Part shown: piece after piece, positions 7,615-10,588 of the stretch | How positions within the stretch are numbered: position 1 is the stretch's first letter | Layout of the letters: each line of letters starts with the position of its first letter | Program-made: the position numbers and the translations under genes | The notes under the pieces: model-generated | The model's database searches: none | Told to the model about the DNA's origin: nothing | What the model saw: only the letters and a program-made list of their open reading frames with translations | Assembly: GCA_051117555.1 (NCBI GenBank) | Contig: JBNPEG010000185.1 | Coordinates: 1-10,588 of the forward strand | Direction of reading: 5' to 3' | DNA: 10,588 bases | Source: Elainellaceae cyanobacterium | GTDB lineage: Bacteria > Cyanobacteriota > Cyanobacteriia > CAZCXK01

Positions 7615-8082
7615 ATGAGCCTGAAAGACCAAATCTCAGATGATATCAAGGCGGCCATGAAGGCAAAAGATAAAGTTCGTCTTGAGACTGTTCGGAGTAT
7701 TAAAAAAGTCATTATCGAGCGCGAGTCAAGCCTTCGAGCAGAGGGCACGGATTCGCTAACGGAAGAGCAGGAAATCGAAATTCTCACTCAGCAAGCCAAG
7801 CAACGACGAGATGCGATCGCCCAATATCGGCAAGCGGGGCGTGAAGAATTGGCGGCTCAAGAAGAGCAAGAGCTAGATATCATCGAGTCCTATTTGCCCA
7901 AACAGCTAACCGACGAAGAACTGAGTATTGCTCTTGATGCCATCATTAGCCAGGTGGGAGCAAGCTCACCCAAAGACATGGGAAAAGTGATGGGGCCCGC
8001 GATGAAGCAATTCAAAGGAAAGGCCGAGGGCAATAAGGTTCAGGTAATGGTCAAGGAAAAGCTGTCTAGTTTGTCTAGTTAA
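7615..8082 (+). CDS. yqeY: GatB/YqeY domain protein
   Basis: 155 aa with classic motifs MSLKDQISDDIKAAMKAKDK.RL, KQRRDAIAQY.QAGR.ELA..E..EL.II..YLP.QL and KDMGKVMG. GAGG lies upstream of the ATG. Confidence 0.95.
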   Translation: MSLKDQISDDIKAAMKAKDKVRLETVRSIKKVIIERESSLRAEGTDSLTEEQEIEILTQQAKQRRDAIAQYRQAGREELAAQEEQELDIIESYLPKQLTDEELSIALDAIISQVGASSPKDMGKVMGPAMKQFKGKAEGNKVQVMVKEKLSSLSS

Positions 8083-8090
8083 ATGCCAAC

Positions 8091-8146
8091 GCGGGCAAGA
8101 TGCCCCGCCAAACATTAATAAATTTGCCAATGAGGGATACTCCCTC
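8091..8146. terminator. Two small hairpins between convergent genes (possible terminator or REP-like elements)
   Basis: GCGGGCA-AGA-TGCCCCGC (8091-8108, one bulge) and GAGGGA-TAC-TCCCTC (8132-8146) lie in the 97-bp gap between convergent stops. Neither has a strong U-tract. Confidence 0.4.
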
Positions 8147-8179
8147 TACTCACTGCCCTTTATCCCGTCCTTTAGTGCT

Positions 8180-8665
8180 TTACCACCAGCGCAGTTCAAT
8201 GTAGCTGTGCTTTTGAAGCTTTAACTCGTCATCTGTGATCCATTCCACCGGCTTATACGTGCCGAAGACGTGATCCCACCAATCAACCGCTAGCCCAAAG
8301 TTGTGATGCCACATGTTGTATTTGTGGTGAACATAGTGGACAGGCATCTTCATCCAGAAGCACTTGGTGGGGTTTTCATGCTGAAGCTGATGGGCATAGG
8401 CTGAAAATGCAGCAAATGCTGTCGCGCCCAGAAACCAGCCAATTCCAGCTTCCCACGAAATGAAAAATGGAATCACCATTGCAACGAGGCCGCCTTTGAT
8501 GTAATCAAAAAATTCCCAAACAACGCCCTGCCCCTCATTGCGCTTGTGGTGATCACGATGCCGTTGTCCTACGCGGGCATTGGCGTGCATGAGGCGATGC
8601 ATCCAATACTCCACCAAACTGGCAAAGACGAAGGCAACGATAAAACAAACAGTTCCGATCATCAT
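8180..8665 (-). CDS. Fatty acid hydroxylase/sterol desaturase family protein (~161 aa)
   Basis: Four His boxes (EYWMHRLMH, HRDHH, HQLQH, HYVHH), C-terminal NFG....WWDHVFGT, and hydrophobic segments. AGGAG (8679-8675) lies 9 nt before ATG 8665, which favours this start over TTG 8671. Confidence 0.9.
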   Translation of the reverse strand: MMIGTVCFIVAFVFASLVEYWMHRLMHANARVGQRHRDHHKRNEGQGVVWEFFDYIKGGLVAMVIPFFISWEAGIGWFLGATAFAAFSAYAHQLQHENPTKCFWMKMPVHYVHHKYNMWHHNFGLAVDWWDHVFGTYKPVEWITDDELKLQKHSYIELRWW

Positions 8666-8773
8666 GGACAAATTCTCCTAATCATCGACTCACACCAACA
8701 CACGTCCTTATATTCTGCCATTTGTGTTCAAATTCGGAGCGGTTTCAGAGAAGATTCTGATTCGCTGAGTCGT

Positions 8774-10116
8774 TCAAAGATGAGACGTGACCGATTGACC
8801 GGAAACGGATGAATGGAGTAACGAATATCCAAATGCTTTTGCATACTGATGAGCAATAATTTCGGGCGTAAAGTGAGACTTTAAATAATGACGTCCCGCT
8901 TGTCCTAGACGATGCGTGTGTTGGGAATGGTGGCTCAGAAAGCGAATAAAGCTGGCTAGCCCTTGAGCGTCGCCATTTTCAAACGCTGCACCACACTCGG
9001 CATCAGTAATCAATTCTGTCAGGTAAGAGTGGGATTCGCAAATTGCAGCAACCGGACGCCCCGATGCCAGAGCCGCATAAAGTTTGCTAGGCGCAACTAA
9101 GCCTTCCATCCCTGGACTAACGCTCACTAGGGCAAGGTCGCACGCCGTGAGCGAGTAGGGTAAATCGTGTTTTTCTTGATAGGGTAGAAACCGAAAACTG
9201 TGTAGGTCTTGCTCAGCGACGGTTTCTTTCAAAATTTTATAGCGCGCTCCGCTACCGACAATTATAAATTTAATGGGATCATGTTTGAGCAGTTGAGCCG
9301 CTTGTAATAAGGTTTCAATATCGTGGCATCGCCCCATATTGCCCGAATAGAGGACCGTGAAGCTTTCAACTAGATTGTGCTTCCAAGCAAACCAGTTGCG
9401 GTGCTTCTCAATCGGGATAATCCAATCAGGGTCAGCCCAGCTATGAATCACCGAGGTCTTAGGCGCGAAGGTTGGGTGCTTATCTAAGATGCGATCGCGC
9501 ATGGTAGAACTCAAGACAATAATGCGATCGGCATCATTCCAAATCCGATAGTTAACGGTGTGCCAGAGTTTAGCAACCCAATGATGAGGTTGAATGACTC
9601 CTAAAGTAATTGCAATATCGGGATACAGGTCATACAGCAGGCAGACATAGGGTTTTTTGAAAATGTGGTGAATAAGGTATCCCAAAATTGGCAGGAAGGG
9701 AGGAGCCGTTGTCACAAGAATGATGTCATTGCGTTTCGATAGTTTAATCAGATGCAGCCCCGCTCGTAAGCAAAATAAAATAACCCGTTGATCGCCTTGC
9801 CCCGGATGCGTTGGGGCCAGATGCTAGCCGTGCGCGATCGCCGAACTGATCGGTGATTGGTTTGCTCATGACGGGGAGCAGACTGGTCTTGAAACGCATA
9901 CCCCGGTTGACTCGTAAAAATCTCAATTTGAAACCCTTGGGATTCGAGTTGTTGAGAAAGTTCGTCCAAAAGTTGCCCAGTGGGTGCATAGTCGGGGGGG
10001 AAGAATTGAGTGATGATGCCTACGCTGGGTGCAGATACAGGTCGGGCTTTAGCCTGTGGCGTTTGATGGGAGCGGATGGGGGTGAGTGAAAATCGAAATA
10101 GTTTACTGACTTGCAC
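8774..10116 (-). pseudogene. GT4 family glycosyltransferase (WcaI/WbuB-like), frameshifted as sequenced
   Basis: Track ORF 9748-10116 holds the N-terminus (IITQFFPPDYAPTGQLLDEL...SQPGY). ORF 8774-9715 holds the rest (TTAPP, YDLYPD, YSGNMG..H, PSKLY..LASGRP). The downstream frame stays open upstream through ILFCLRAGLHL to a TAG at 9824-9826, so one frameshift between 9748 and 9823 joins them into a protein of ~445 aa. GGAGG lies at 10133-10129. A sequencing error cannot be excluded. Confidence 0.85.
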
Positions 10117-10346
10117 GGGTATTTGCAGCCTCCAGTGAATGATCTGCGATGAGGACGGCTGACTACTTGCTACCGTCTGGAGATGCCCGCTGGTTGAAGG
10201 TAGTGCGCGTGCTGATTGTTGAGAAGGAAACCCCGTGTGACTAAGACGAGGCGATTTTTCGGCAAATGATGATCTAGAGTAGGTCTAATGTGATAGGAAC
10301 AAATCGAGGCACGAAAGGGTCAAAAAACCTGACCTAAGATCGTGCA

Positions 10347-10376
10347 ATATATTTGCTCACGATACATTTGCTCATG
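10347..10376. repeat. 15-bp tandem direct repeat (2 copies)
   Basis: ATATATTTGCTCACG / ATACATTTGCTCATG, 13/15 identical, upstream of the GT4 gene. Confidence 0.7.
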
Positions 10377-10521
10377 GTTCTACTCTCTCCGTTTACAGCG
10401 GTTAAATTATGCAGTCCGGGAAAATAAGCGGATAGGCTGAGAACTTAACCGGATATTGAGAAGTCTTTGAAGCAGAAGGAAACACCTTCTCAGATATAGC
10501 GGTATGCGCTTGGGTTAAGTG

Positions 10522-10556
10522 CGGTGGTGTGGGGCACGCCGCGCCCCACACCACCG
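10522..10556. repeat. GC-rich hairpin, 14-bp perfect stem and 7-nt loop (REP/MITE-like or terminator)
   Basis: CGGTGGTGTGGGGC-ACGCCGC-GCCCCACACCACCG, followed by TTTC on the + strand. Confidence 0.85.
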
Positions 10557-10588
10557 TTTCTGTACTCGACGCAATTGGACATTGCATA

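Larger units (their letters stand above)
35..9841. repeat. Dispersed HIP1 octamers (GCGATCGC)
   Basis: About 24 exact copies by hand count (e.g. 35, 516, 759, 816, 1091, 1659, 1703, 2097, 2178, 2780, 3751, 9491, 9834), against ~0.2 expected by chance. This is a hallmark of many cyanobacterial genomes. Confidence 0.95.

Noticed and set aside
6870..8812. ORFs 6870-7256(-), 7581-7787(-) and 8546-8812(+)
   Set aside because: Antisense to the PRC-barrel, yqeY and desaturase genes.
9744..10089. ORFs 9744-9989(-) and 9853-10089(+), and treating 9748-10116 and 8774-9715 as two genes
   Set aside because: The first two are shadow frames. The latter two are halves of a single GT4 domain split mid-fold.
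10169..10177. ops-like GACGGTAGC on the minus strand upstream of the GT4 gene
   Set aside because: Imperfect short match, and RfaH/ops control is not established in cyanobacteria.
10402..10587. 61-aa minus-strand ORF at the window end
   Set aside because: Reads through the hairpin and has no recognisable domain. It is probably spurious, though the 3' end of a gene entering from outside the window cannot be excluded.
1..10588. CRISPR array, tRNA, rRNA, transposase, integrase
   Set aside because: No regularly spaced repeats, cloverleaf motifs or mobile-element ORFs were seen.

Overview
Cyanobacterial chromosomal DNA (inferred from about 24 hand-counted HIP1 octamers, GCGATCGC, and cyanobacteria-type genes), mostly core genome. 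The left side has three minus-strand genes: an exported NTF2/SnoaL-like protein, a DUF4112 membrane protein, and a >=331-codon conserved hypothetical gene that the ORF track missed because it runs off the window start. Divergent from these are smc (1245 aa) and a two-PRC-barrel protein with an acidic tail, then a YqeY-family gene. Converging on them are a small His-box fatty-acid-hydroxylase/sterol-desaturase-like gene and a WcaI/WbuB-like GT4 glycosyltransferase split by a frameshift near 9773-9783. Non-coding signals include a perfect 41-bp HIP1-centred palindrome and a LexA-box-like motif upstream of smc, a related GC-rich hairpin near the window end, and a palindrome-rich spacer at 7250-7614. 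I found no tRNA, rRNA, CRISPR array or transposase. No clearly new system can be demonstrated. The best leads are the smc/PRC-barrel pair, the DUF3102-like hypothetical protein, the hairpin family and the frameshift.
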